The translations under genes and the position numbers were made by a program. A stretch of DNA of 63,780 bases, counting the filler, from Actinomycetota bacterium (GTDB taxonomy: Bacteria > Actinomycetota > Acidimicrobiia > IMCC26256 > VFJJ01): NCBI GenBank assembly GCA_009886115.1. It is 4 parts of 4 records of this genome, joined end to end, with 100 filler letters (N's around TTAATTAATTAA, not from the genome) between each part and the next. Parts side by side here need not be neighbours in the genome. Positions count along the whole stretch, not along the records: positions 41,406 to 61,701 come from VFJJ01000118.1; 3 more parts are not named here. The stretch is one strand, 5' to 3'. Within the stretch, counting starts at the first letter, position 1. Each line of letters begins with the position of its first letter. The notes beneath the pieces are model-generated. The model saw only the letters and a list, made by a program, of their open reading frames with translations, had not been told where the DNA came from and did not search any database. Shown here piece after piece: positions 46,576 to 56,490 of this stretch.

Positions 46576-47898
46576 GTGACCATGAACTTCGATGAGGTCG
46601 ATTTCTTCGCCGACGCATCGCTGCTCGACGACCCCTACCCCTACTACGAGCACCTGCGGTCGAAGTGCCCGGTGACGCCGCTGGATCGCCATGGCGTCGT
46701 GGCTGTCACGGGCATCGACGAAGCCAACCGCGTCTACTTCGACACCGACCTGTACTCGTCGTGCAACTCGGTGATCGGGCCGTTCGCCACGTTTCCCGAG
46801 CCACTCGAGGGTGACGACATCGGTCCGATCATCGAGCGCCACCGCCACCAACTCCCGTTGAACGAGCACATGGTCACGATGGATCCGCCTCAGCACACGC
46901 AGGAACGGGCGATATTGCTACGGCTCATGACGCCGAAGCGTCTCGAGCAGAACGAGACGTTCATGTGGCGCCTCGCCGACCGGCAGCTCGACGAGTTTCT
47001 CGCCAACGGCCAGTGCGAGTTCATCAGCGCGTACTCCCAGCCGTTCGCGATGCTCGCCGTGGCCGACCTGCTCGGCGTACCCGAGTCCGAGCATGAGCGG
47101 TTCCGGCTCGGCTTCGGGCTCAGCCGCCCACCCGGCAACCTCACCGGCGCCGACGACCTCACCGGGTCCGAGCCCCGTGGGCCGCTCGGCGACGGCGAGG
47201 CGACCGATCTCAATCCGATCTCCTGGCTCGACGACTACTTCGCGACCTACATCGAGGAGCGTCGGCGCGCCCCCCGCTCCGATGTCCTCACCGGCCTGGC
47301 CCTGGCCACCTATCCCGACGGATCGACGCCGCCGGTCACGAACGTCGTACGAACCGCGACGTTCCTCTTCGCCGCCGGCCAGGAGACGACCGCTCGCCTG
47401 CTCGCGACCGCGATGCGGTACCTCTGCGAGCACCCGGAGCTCCAAGAAGAGCTACGAGCGCACCGCGACCGCATCCCGAACTTCCTCGAGGAAGCCCTGC
47501 GCATCGAGAGCCCTGTGAAGGCCGACTTCCGTCTCACCCGGAGGGCCACGACGCTGGGCGACGTCGCAATCGCACCCGGTACGCCTGTGATGCTCCTCAA
47601 CGGTGCCGCGAACCGCGACCCGCGACGTTTCGAGTGTCCAGCGGAGTTCAGGCTCGACCGGTCGAACGCCCGCGAGCACATCGCCTTCGGCCGCGGCGCC
47701 CACTCCTGTCCGGGAGCCCCGCTGGCGCGCGCCGAGGGCCGCATCAGCATCGAGCGCATCCTCGACCGGATGCGCGACATCAGGTTGTCCGACGAGCACC
47801 ACGGCCCCACCGGCGCCCGACACTTCGACTACGAACCGACCTGGGTCCTGCGGGGCCTGCGCAGCATTCACATCGAGTTCACGCCCATCGACGTCTGA
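46576..47898 (+). CDS. Cytochrome P450 (CYP150-like)
   Basis: FAAGQETT, EALR, FGRGAHSCPGAPLAR. Confidence 0.95.
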   Translation: MTMNFDEVDFFADASLLDDPYPYYEHLRSKCPVTPLDRHGVVAVTGIDEANRVYFDTDLYSSCNSVIGPFATFPEPLEGDDIGPIIERHRHQLPLNEHMVTMDPPQHTQERAILLRLMTPKRLEQNETFMWRLADRQLDEFLANGQCEFISAYSQPFAMLAVADLLGVPESEHERFRLGFGLSRPPGNLTGADDLTGSEPRGPLGDGEATDLNPISWLDDYFATYIEERRRAPRSDVLTGLALATYPDGSTPPVTNVVRTATFLFAAGQETTARLLATAMRYLCEHPELQEELRAHRDRIPNFLEEALRIESPVKADFRLTRRATTLGDVAIAPGTPVMLLNGAANRDPRRFECPAEFRLDRSNAREHIAFGRGAHSCPGAPLARAEGRISIERILDRMRDIRLSDEHHGPTGARHFDYEPTWVLRGLRSIHIEFTPIDV

Positions 47899-47940
47899 CG
47901 TCCATGGGCCGAGCCCCACGTCACCAAGGAACCGAGACGC

Positions 47941-48978
47941 ATGATCGACACGACCTATCGCGTCGTCCAGTGGGCGACCGGGAACATCGGGACGAAGTCG
48001 CTGCGGGCCGTGATCGAACACCCGCACCTCGAGCTCGTCGGGTTGTACGTGCACACGTCCGACAAGGCGGGTCGCGACGCGGGCGAGCTCTGCGGCCTGG
48101 CGGCCACCGGCGTGATCGCGACGACGTCGATCGATGACATCATCCCCCTCGGCGCCGACTGCGTCGTCTACATGCCGCAGGGCTCCGATCTCGACCACGT
48201 GTGTCGCATCCTCGAGTCGGGTACCAACATCGTGACGACGCGAGGCGAGTTCCACCGGCCGGCGGGCATGGACCCGGCCGTCCGTCAGCGCGTCGAGGAC
48301 GCGTGCCGCAGGGGCGCCACGTCGATCCACTCCACGGGGAGCAGCCCCGGTTTCATCACCGAGGCCCTCCCCCTTGTGCTCCTGTCGATGGGGCGCACCC
48401 TCAGCCTGTTGCAGATCGACGAGTTCGCCGACATGAGGTCGCGTAACTCACCCGAGCTGCTCTTCCGGCTCATGGGTTTCGGCCGCGACCCCGCGCAGTT
48501 CGACTCCCGACGCTTCGACCACACCGCTCGCGCGTTCGGCCCGTCGCTTTCAGCGCTCGCCGACGCCATCGGCCTGCCGATCGACTCCGTCGAACCCGGC
48601 GGCGAGCTCGCCGTGGCAACCCGCGACGTCGACATCGCAGCCGGCACCATCAAGGCCGGGACAGTTGCCGCCCAGCGTCCCAGCGCGACCTGCGTGCGCA
48701 ACGGCGTGCCCCTGCTGCGCTTCCATGCCAACTGGTACGTGACCACCGACCTCGAACCGGCCTGGGACCTGCGGGAAACCGGTTGGCGAGTGCAGGTCTT
48801 CGGCGACACCCCGCTCGATGTCGAGATCCGCTTCCCCGTCGAACCCGAGCGCTACCCGCACATCTCGCCCGGCTTCACGGCGCACCCTGCAGTCAACGCC
48901 ATTCCGGCGGTATGCGACGCGAACCCCGGGATCCGCACCACCTTCGACCTTCCCAGGGTCATCCCCAGGTTCACCTGA
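47941..48978 (+). CDS. Dihydrodipicolinate reductase-like / amine dehydrogenase family oxidoreductase
   Basis: RVVQWATGNIG, KAGRDAGEL, HSTGSSPGF, VNAIPAVCDANPGIRT. Confidence 0.8.
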   Translation: MIDTTYRVVQWATGNIGTKSLRAVIEHPHLELVGLYVHTSDKAGRDAGELCGLAATGVIATTSIDDIIPLGADCVVYMPQGSDLDHVCRILESGTNIVTTRGEFHRPAGMDPAVRQRVEDACRRGATSIHSTGSSPGFITEALPLVLLSMGRTLSLLQIDEFADMRSRNSPELLFRLMGFGRDPAQFDSRRFDHTARAFGPSLSALADAIGLPIDSVEPGGELAVATRDVDIAAGTIKAGTVAAQRPSATCVRNGVPLLRFHANWYVTTDLEPAWDLRETGWRVQVFGDTPLDVEIRFPVEPERYPHISPGFTAHPAVNAIPAVCDANPGIRTTFDLPRVIPRFT

Positions 48979-49117
48979 CGCGCCACATCGAGGGTCGGCC
49001 TCGGGATACTCGGCGGCGCTCAGCGGGGCTCAGCGGGGCTCGTCGGGCCTCGTCGGGCCGCCAACATCCTGCATCGATATATACTCAGAGGCCACGGAAC
49101 AATATACGGAGGCGAGC

Positions 49118-49327
49118 ATGACCAAGACGCTGATCGACATCGACGATCGGGCTCTCGAGCAAGCCCAGAGCGCCCTGGGGACCACGACCAAGAAGGACAC
49201 GGTCAACCAGGCCCTGTCGATGGTCGCGGCACTCGCCGCCCGTAGACGAGATCTCGAACGGTTCATGAACGATGAGTACGCCGACCTCCGAGACGCCGAC
49301 GTGATGTCGAGCGCATGGCGGCGGTAG
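49118..49327 (+). CDS. vapB: VapB family antitoxin
   Basis: MTKTLIDIDDRAL..A...LGTTTKKDTVNQAL; upstream TATACT and repeated ATATAC. Confidence 0.85.
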   Translation: MTKTLIDIDDRALEQAQSALGTTTKKDTVNQALSMVAALAARRRDLERFMNDEYADLRDADVMSSAWRR

Positions 49328-49740
49328 CACGATACCTCGCCGATACCAGCGCCCTGTCGCGAATGCACCTCCCCGAGGTCGCACACCTTCTCGCACCGCT
49401 GATCGAAGCGGGGCTCATCGCGACGTGCGCAATCATCGAGTTCGAGATTCTCTGGTCGACGCGATCGCCGCAAGACTTCGAGACCGTTCGCCACGATCGC
49501 GGCCTCGGCTACGAATGGCTGCCCACAGAGGAACTCGACTGGCGCCGGGCGATCGACGTCCAGGCCATGCTCTGGGCGGCGGGCCAGATGCGTCGGGTAC
49601 CTCTCCCGGATCTGCTCATCGCCGCCGTGGCCGAGCGCAACCAGCTCACGGTGCTCCACTACGACGGCGATTACGACGCCATTGCCGCCCAGACCGGCCA
49701 ACCAACGCAATGGATCGTCGAACGCGGCACCGTCGACTGA
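49315..49740 (+). CDS. vapC: VapC PIN-domain toxin
   Basis: YLADTSAL, EFEIL, PDLLIAAVAE, VLHYDGDY. Confidence 0.9.
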   Translation: MAAVARYLADTSALSRMHLPEVAHLLAPLIEAGLIATCAIIEFEILWSTRSPQDFETVRHDRGLGYEWLPTEELDWRRAIDVQAMLWAAGQMRRVPLPDLLIAAVAERNQLTVLHYDGDYDAIAAQTGQPTQWIVERGTVD

Positions 49741-49827
49741 TGCATCACGTGCCCGGGCGAGACGCTCTGCGGAAAGGCCGCGTTCAGCTCGAGTGGTGCG
49801 AGAGCTTGAGATCGTTCCAGTCTGGGG

Positions 49828-50025
49828 CGCACCGACGAGGCCGGGCGGTCGAGGGCCGACTGGATGCCCGGCGAGTGGTCGGAGGGCCTGGCTCGCGGCG
49901 ACCAGCTCCTCACCATCGAGGTGGTGCTCTCCGTCGATGGCGAGCACCTGGTGGCGTCGCACGGAGGCCGGTCGGTGCTGTACCGGCCCGTGACCGCCGA
50001 CGATCCGGTGGACTTCTGCGCCTGA
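49828..50025 (+). pseudogene. C-terminal remnant of an unidentified protein; contains the right copy of the 46-bp repeat
   Basis: RTDEAGRSRADWMPGEW...VLYRPVTADDPVDFCA* with no N-terminus. Confidence 0.45.
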
Positions 50026-50325
50026 CCAGATGACGTCAACGGCGGGAGGCCGTCGACGGGGTCATGGCCGCCAGGTCAAAGGTCCGAGCCAGCGGTCGAT
50101 CTGTATCTCGCTCTTTCAGCCCCCGCCGCGGACCGCAGCCGCGAACGAGCGCGGCTCGCGCTCGACGTCGCTGCCAGTCGGGCCGTAGACCAGCTCGGTG
50201 ATGCCACCAGCCGCCGCGGCGATCGCCCGTTCGTGGATGCTGGCGGCGTCGGGCGGGACGGGCCATAGCAGCGCCGAGTCACCGTGGGGGCGATCGAGTA
50301 GCGCCCAACGAGTCTCACCAGATCC

Positions 50326-51258
50326 TCAGCCCGGATCGTCAGCGCTGCCCGGGTCGTCAGCGCAGCTCGGGGCGTCAGCACCACCCTGGTCGTCGGGGTC
50401 GGTGGCGCCGGCGCGTTCGTCGCGGGCTGCCCATTCGAGGAGCTCGTCGATGACGAATACGGCGCCGTCGATGCCGGCATGGAGGTCACCGACCTCTGCG
50501 TAGCGGCGGGGGACGGTCGCCATCGTGCAATCACCGGGCTCGACCACGTCGACCTCGTCCCAGGTGATGGGCGTCGACACGGTGGCCTCGGGCACGCCGC
50601 GAACCGAGTAAGCGGCGGCCATCGTGTGGTCGCGGGCGTTCTGGTTGTAATCGACGAACAGCGCCCTCGGGTCGCGGTCCTTGCGCCACCACGTCGTCGT
50701 GGCCGCACCCGGGACCCGACGCTCGACCTCCCGGGCGAACGCCAGGGCGGCCCGACGGACGTCGGTGAAGCCGTGCGACGGCTCGATGCGGAGGTACACG
50801 TGGAGCCCCTTGCCCCCCGAGGTCTTGGGCCACCCCACGGCACCGAGCTCATCGAGCGCCTCGCGCACGACCCCGGCGATGATCCGCACGCGCTCCGGTG
50901 GGCACTCCGGCATCGGGTCGAGATCGATGCGCCACTCGTCGGGCTTCTCGGTGTCGGCCCGGCGCGAGTTCCACGGATGGAACTCGACCGTCGACATCTG
51001 CACGGCCCAGATCACCTGGGCCAGCTCGGTCACGCACAGCTCGTCGGCGTGCAGCCCGTATCGCGGGAAGTGCACCCGTACCGTCTCCAGCCACGGCGGC
51101 GCCCCACCGGGAACCCGTTTCTGGTGGACCTTCTCCCCGCTCACCCCCGTCGGGAAGCGGTGCATCATGCACGGCCGCTCCCGCAGGGCGTTGACGATCC
51201 CCGGTCCGACGGCGAGGTAGTACTCGACCAGATCGAGCTTCGTGGCCCCCGACGCCGG
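50326..51258 (-). pseudogene. LigD-type primase-polymerase (Prim-PolC/PolD-like), 5'-truncated
   Basis: GATKLDLVEYY, HRFP.G, QKRVP, EFHPW, PDEWRIDLDP, KTSGGKGLH, FVDYNQN, YSVR, VSTP; in-frame stop at 51286-51288 and no start before the internal ATG at 51168. Confidence 0.7.
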
Positions 51259-51416
51259 GACCGTCGATGTCGTTGAGGGACCGGATCAGTTCCTTGGCGT
51301 GCCAGAAACATGGACCGCCATTGTGCGGCACGACGCGAGCTCTCCCACCACCAAAGAGACACCAATCCACGACACCGCGAGGCGTCACCGTCGCGACGCA
51401 GCCATGGCAAGGTGGC

Positions 51417-52562
51417 TCAGACCGGGGTCGAGAGCACCTCGTCGCTGAAGCCGAACAGGCGTGCGGCGTTCTGGCGGAACACGGCCGCGGTGGTCGCGCT
51501 GTCGAGGGGGGCGGCGAGACGGGCGACGACCTCGCGGGAGCGGGGGTAGGTGCCCTCCTCGTGGGGGTAGTCGGAGCCCCACACGAGCACGTCGGGCCCC
51601 GTGTGGCCGACGTTGGTGAGGCCGATCGGGTCGTCCTGGAACGTGGCGTGCACCTGGCGGCGAAGGTAGAAGCTCGGCGGCTCGGGCAACTCCGGGTTGA
51701 TCCAGGGCTTCCCCGAGGGGGTGACGCCGTAGCGGCGGAACGACTCCGTGTAGAAGTCGAGGGTCTGCATGGTCCAGCCGAGCCAGCCCGTGTTGAACTC
51801 GACGAACACGACGTGAAGGTCGGGGTGGTCGGCGAGGACGCCCGACGTGGCGAGGAGCGCTGCGGCGCGTGGGCCCATCGACTGCGTCGCCAACAGGTTC
51901 GAGACTCCCGCACCGAGACCCCGGTAGAAGAACATCGAGTGGCCGGTCCCCTGGTGCATCACCGCGGGAAGCCCGGTCTCGGCGATCGCAGCCCACAGGG
52001 GCTGCCACGACGGGTGGTTCCACTCCGGTGCCGCCACGGCCGGCAGCATCACCGCACCCAGGCGCGACTCGGCGATCCAGCGCACCTCGGCGAGGGCATC
52101 GTCGAGGCGCCACGTGGGGACGAGCCCCGCGCACGCAAAGCGCGGCGAGCGGGCCAGGCCGTCGGCCATCCACTCGTTGTAGATGCGACACGACGCTGCG
52201 CCGCCCGCAGGGTCGGTGAGCATCCAGACGTACAAGCCGATCGTGGGGAACACCGCCTCGGCGACGATCCCCTCCTCGCGCATGATGGCGCAGCGGAACT
52301 CGGGATCGCACACCTTCACCCGTTCGGCTTCGTCGATCGGCTGCTGGTCGATCGACGAGGCGTCCAAGAGCAGCTCCCAGTTCCCGTCTTCACCCGCCGC
52401 GATGCCCTGCATCGCCTGCTCCCGCAACGAGGCGGGAAGGTTGTCGCGCCACAAACCGCGGGGTTCGTTGACGTGCGAGTCGCCCGAGACCAGGCCGAGC
52501 TGCTCCACCAGGCCGAGCGGCCCGGGCTCGTGTGCGGCTTTCAGGGCCGTGTCGGTCTCCAC
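51417..52562 (-). CDS. Amidohydrolase_2 family protein
   Basis: SGDSHVNEP, VMHQGTG, VFVEFNTGW, WGSDYPHEEGT. Confidence 0.9.
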   Translation of the reverse strand: METDTALKAAHEPGPLGLVEQLGLVSGDSHVNEPRGLWRDNLPASLREQAMQGIAAGEDGNWELLLDASSIDQQPIDEAERVKVCDPEFRCAIMREEGIVAEAVFPTIGLYVWMLTDPAGGAASCRIYNEWMADGLARSPRFACAGLVPTWRLDDALAEVRWIAESRLGAVMLPAVAAPEWNHPSWQPLWAAIAETGLPAVMHQGTGHSMFFYRGLGAGVSNLLATQSMGPRAAALLATSGVLADHPDLHVVFVEFNTGWLGWTMQTLDFYTESFRRYGVTPSGKPWINPELPEPPSFYLRRQVHATFQDDPIGLTNVGHTGPDVLVWGSDYPHEEGTYPRSREVVARLAAPLDSATTAAVFRQNAARLFGFSDEVLSTPV

Positions 52563-52670
52563 GTGGGTCGGTCTCCTTCGTGGTCGTCGTCGGACGCACT
52601 CGAGAGAGCCAGCCTACGCTCGGCCGGCAATCGTCGAGGCGGCATGCAGCCGCCCGGAGTGGGGGTCGAT

Positions 52671-54131
52671 GTGGGGTCGTCGGACGAACGTGACGTGCGT
52701 ATCGCGATCATCGGAGCCGGGCCGGGCGGGCTGTGCATGGGCAAGCGGCTCCTTGACGAGGGCTTCACCGACTTCGTGCTCCTCGAGAAGAGCGACGGTG
52801 TCGGCGGCACCTGGAACCTCAACAGGTACCCGGGCTGTGAGTGCGACATCCCGTCGGCGCTGTACTCGTTCTCGTTCGAGATCAAGGCCGACTGGTCGAA
52901 GCCCTACGGGACCCAGCCCGAGATACTCGGCTACATGCGCCACGTCGCCGACCAACACGGCCTGCTCCCCCACGTGCGCCTCGGCAACGGCGTCACGGGT
53001 GCCCGGTGGGACGAGGCCCGCGCAACGTGGACGCTCAACCTGGAGAGCGGCGACACGCTCGAGGCCCATGCGGTCGTGAGCGCCATCGGCATGTTCAACG
53101 CTCTGTCATGGCCCGACATCGCCGGGCTCGACTCGTTCGGCGGCACGATGTTCCACTCGGGGCGCTGGGACTGGGATCACGACCTCGAAGGCGAGCGGGT
53201 CGCGGTCATCGGCAGCGCGGCGAGCGCGGTGCAGTTCGTCCCCGAGATCGTCAAGACCGCCGGCAGGGTCCACCTCTTCCAGCGCAGCGCGAACTGGGTC
53301 ACGCCCAAGGTCGACGCGCCATACACCCAGGAGCAACTCGCGGCGTTCCGAGCCGATCCCACACCGTTGCTGGTGATGCGCGCCGAGATCGAAGACCGGG
53401 TGAACAACGGGATGCTCTTCCAGAACACAGAGACGCTCGAGCAGGCCGTCGCCGCATCCCTCTCCCAGATCGCGCTCGTCGAGGATCCCGCGGTCCGGGC
53501 CAAGCTCGTCCCCACGCATCCCTTCGGCTGCAAGCGCCCGTTGATGTCGAACGTGTACTACCCGGCGTTCAACGAGCCCCACCTCGAGCTCGTCACCGAC
53601 GCCATCACTGCTGTCACCGAGACCGGCGTGGTCACCGCCGACGGGACCGTTCGTGAGGTCGACACGATCATCATCGCCACCGGGTTCGCCGCGACGAAGT
53701 ACCTCTCGGCCATCGACATCGTCGGGCGCGACGGACGAAGCATCGACGAGGCGTGGAAGGACGGCGCGCAGGCGTACCTCGGTGTCACCACCACCGGATT
53801 CCCCAACCTGTTCATGCTCTACGGACCCAACACCAACAACGGCTCGATCCTCACGATGATCGAGTACCAGGTCGAACACATCCTCGGGCACCTGCGCCGG
53901 CTGGCGAGCGACGGCATCGCGTGGATCGACGTCAGGCCCGAGCCCATGGCGCGCTACAACGACGAGGTGCAACGGGCCATTGCGACGGTCGAGGTGTGGC
54001 AGGCCGACTGCCACGGCTACTACCGCACCCCGAGCGGGCGCATCGTCACCCAGTGGCCGTTCTCGATGACGGAGTTCCAGCAGCGGACCTCGCGGATCGA
54101 CCCCGACGCCTTCGAGGTCGGCGTCTGCTGA
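52671..54131 (+). CDS. Baeyer-Villiger / flavin-containing monooxygenase
   Basis: GAGPGG, GGTWNLNRYPG, FGGTMFHSGRW fingerprint, GSAASA, ATGF; start could be 52644. Confidence 0.9.
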   Translation: MGSSDERDVRIAIIGAGPGGLCMGKRLLDEGFTDFVLLEKSDGVGGTWNLNRYPGCECDIPSALYSFSFEIKADWSKPYGTQPEILGYMRHVADQHGLLPHVRLGNGVTGARWDEARATWTLNLESGDTLEAHAVVSAIGMFNALSWPDIAGLDSFGGTMFHSGRWDWDHDLEGERVAVIGSAASAVQFVPEIVKTAGRVHLFQRSANWVTPKVDAPYTQEQLAAFRADPTPLLVMRAEIEDRVNNGMLFQNTETLEQAVAASLSQIALVEDPAVRAKLVPTHPFGCKRPLMSNVYYPAFNEPHLELVTDAITAVTETGVVTADGTVREVDTIIIATGFAATKYLSAIDIVGRDGRSIDEAWKDGAQAYLGVTTTGFPNLFMLYGPNTNNGSILTMIEYQVEHILGHLRRLASDGIAWIDVRPEPMARYNDEVQRAIATVEVWQADCHGYYRTPSGRIVTQWPFSMTEFQQRTSRIDPDAFEVGVC

Positions 54132-54162
54132 TGGTTCGGCGTGCGGTGACGGCTCGGCGAGC

Positions 54163-55602
54163 ATGCAGACGACCGTCGAGGTGAACGCGCCCGAGATGCG
54201 CGCCCAGCGTTCTGGCTGGGTGCTGGCGATGGTCATCGGTACCACGGTGCTCACCGGCGTCGGCATGTCGATCATGGTGGTCACGTTCCCGGCGATCCGG
54301 GCCGAGTTCCCCGACGCTTCCCCGGCCCAGCTGTCGTGGATCAACAACCTCTTCACGATCGTCAGCGCCGCCACGCTCATCCCCTGCGGTGTGCTCGCCG
54401 ACCGGGTCGGGCGCAAGCGGATGCTGCTGATCGGCACGGCGCTGTTCGCGGTCGGCTCACTGGTCGGTGCGCTGGCGCCCTCGCCGGCGTGGATCATGGT
54501 GGGGCGCACACTGCTCGCCCTGGGCGCCGCCTCCTACGGCCCGGCCGGCACCGCCCTGCTCATCTCGGCCATGCCCCCCGAGCGGCTCCCCACCGCGATC
54601 GGGATCTGGGCGGTCACGAGCGGCATCGCCTCGGCCGCGGGCCCGTCGATCGGGGGGCTCGTCGTCGACTGGGGCGGCTGGCCCTGGGCGTTCTGGGTCA
54701 ACGTTCCCATCGCCCTTGTCGTGTTGACGTTGGGACCATTCGTCTTGCGTGAGACGGCCCGGGACCGGTCGCAGCGCCTGCCCGACATCGTCGGCGTGGC
54801 GCTGGTGATGGCCGCCACGTCGGCGATCACGCTGGGGGTCGTTCAGCGCAAGACCGCGGCCGGCTGGGGTTGGCTGGGAGCGTGGACGCTGCTGTGCCTG
54901 TTCGCCGGGGGCCTCCTGTTGGCGGCGTTCATCGCCCGGTGTCGGCATCGACCGAACCCGCTGATCAAGCTCGAGCTGTTCCGCTCGAACGACGTGCGCT
55001 TCGGAGCACTCGGGCTGCTCGTGAGCGGCGTGGCGTTCTACGCGTTCCACTGGGCGTTCGTGCAGCACACGGTGAACCAGTGGGGCTGGTCGATCTCACG
55101 GGCGGGCGCGGCGACCTCCCCGGTGGCCCTGGTTTCGGGTTTCTCGGCGATCGCCAGCAGCCGGGCGTCACGCCGGTACGGCCAACGTCCGTTCATCCTC
55201 ACCGGGGCGTGCGGCGTGTTCGCCAGCTCGGTCTTTCTCTTGCTGGCCATGGGTGACGAGCCGTCGTTGACGGTCGTGCTCGTCGGCGGATCGCTGCTCG
55301 GGCTCTTCAGCGGCCTGGTGTTCCCGGCATACATCGCCACGACCCTGTTCGGCGTACCGCCCGACCAGCACTCGGTGGGCAGCGCGATCAACTTCATGGC
55401 CCAGCGCACCAGCGCCACGCTCGGCACGGCACTCGCCATCACGTTCATCGCCGGGGCCAGCGGTAGCGCGGGCCTGCGCCACTCGCTCGTGGTGTGCGCG
55501 GTGGGCAGCGTCATGGGATTCGCCCTCGGCTCCGCCGTGGGTCGCCCGTCCGCCGGCACCGACCCCGCGCCGACGCACCAGCACTCGACCGACCAGGGCT
55601 GA
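54163..55602 (+). CDS. MFS transporter (DHA2-like)
   Basis: GVLADRVGRKR, AGPSIGG, WAFWVNVP; about 14 TM helices. Confidence 0.9.
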   Translation: MQTTVEVNAPEMRAQRSGWVLAMVIGTTVLTGVGMSIMVVTFPAIRAEFPDASPAQLSWINNLFTIVSAATLIPCGVLADRVGRKRMLLIGTALFAVGSLVGALAPSPAWIMVGRTLLALGAASYGPAGTALLISAMPPERLPTAIGIWAVTSGIASAAGPSIGGLVVDWGGWPWAFWVNVPIALVVLTLGPFVLRETARDRSQRLPDIVGVALVMAATSAITLGVVQRKTAAGWGWLGAWTLLCLFAGGLLLAAFIARCRHRPNPLIKLELFRSNDVRFGALGLLVSGVAFYAFHWAFVQHTVNQWGWSISRAGAATSPVALVSGFSAIASSRASRRYGQRPFILTGACGVFASSVFLLLAMGDEPSLTVVLVGGSLLGLFSGLVFPAYIATTLFGVPPDQHSVGSAINFMAQRTSATLGTALAITFIAGASGSAGLRHSLVVCAVGSVMGFALGSAVGRPSAGTDPAPTHQHSTDQG

Positions 55603-55645
55603 GCGCCGCCTCGACGACCTACGCTCAGACGGCTGCCGCTCGCCA

Positions 55646-55675
55646 CAACCACCACCACCACCACCACCACCACCA
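55646..55675. repeat. (CAC)n microsatellite
   Basis: ACCACCACC... run in the intergenic region. Confidence 0.85.
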
Positions 55676-55764
55676 GCGGTGATGCTCCTGAGCGGAGAGC
55701 CCCCGATGGACGGTCCCGCGCATCCCGACCACGATGCGCTCGCGACGGGATCCGGGCGACAGAG

Positions 55765-56009
55765 CTCGAACGCAGGCCGTCCGACTACCTCCGGTCGAAC
55801 GTGCGGGTCACGCCGTTCGTGTTCGAGCCGGTCACGTCTACCTCGACCGTTACGACCTGGCCGAGGTGCTGTGCTTCTCCACCGATTACCCCCACGTCGA
55901 GGGCGGCACCGATCCCCTCGGCCGTTTCGCATCGATCCTGGCGCGCCACGGCCCCGAGGTGATCGAGCGGTTCTTCGTCACCAACGGCCAGCTGCTGCTC
56001 CCCGACTGA
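55765..56009 (+). pseudogene. Amidohydrolase C-terminal remnant
   Basis: LERRPSDYLRSNVRVTPFVFEPV / frameshift / LCFSTDYPHVEGG. Confidence 0.75.
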
Positions 56010-56048
56010 GATCGCGACGAGGCCCACGTCGTCCGAAGACCGTCCGGC

Positions 56049-56435
56049 TCATTCCTCGTGGCGTTGGAGGAGCTCGATGCTGTAGCCGTCCGGGTCGAGG
56101 ATGAACCCGACCGTGACCGGCCAGCGGTCGAGGCGCTGCGGCGCCATCGTCGAGGTGTACCCGGCTGCGACCGCCCGATCGTGCACCTCGACGCAATCGT
56201 CGACGTTCATGTAGATCTTCCATAGCGCGAACCCGTGGTCGATCGGCTGACCGTTGACGTAACGCTCGGCGAGCTGGAGCCGGCCGCCACCGTGATCGGC
56301 CGCCAGCACGATCTCGTGCACGTCGGGGATCTCGGTCCGGCTCTGGACCTTGAGGCCGATGATCTCGGTGTAGAACCGTTCCGACCGCTCGATGTCGGCG
56401 ACGTAGATGCAGTACTGCCCGACCGTGGTGGCCAT
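56049..56435 (-). CDS. VOC / glyoxalase family protein
   Basis: CIYVADIERSERFY...FILDPDGYSIELL. Confidence 0.9.
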   Translation of the reverse strand: MATTVGQYCIYVADIERSERFYTEIIGLKVQSRTEIPDVHEIVLAADHGGGRLQLAERYVNGQPIDHGFALWKIYMNVDDCVEVHDRAVAAGYTSTMAPQRLDRWPVTVGFILDPDGYSIELLQRHEE

Positions 56436-56490
56436 GTCGTGTCTCCTGGTGCTGCCGCCGACACGGCCGGCGGGCGGTCTCGTCACATCG

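Noticed and set aside
55643..55682. Poly-His peptide in ORF 55494-55682
   Set aside because: It is a by-product of the (CAC)n microsatellite in a frame overlapping the MFS gene.
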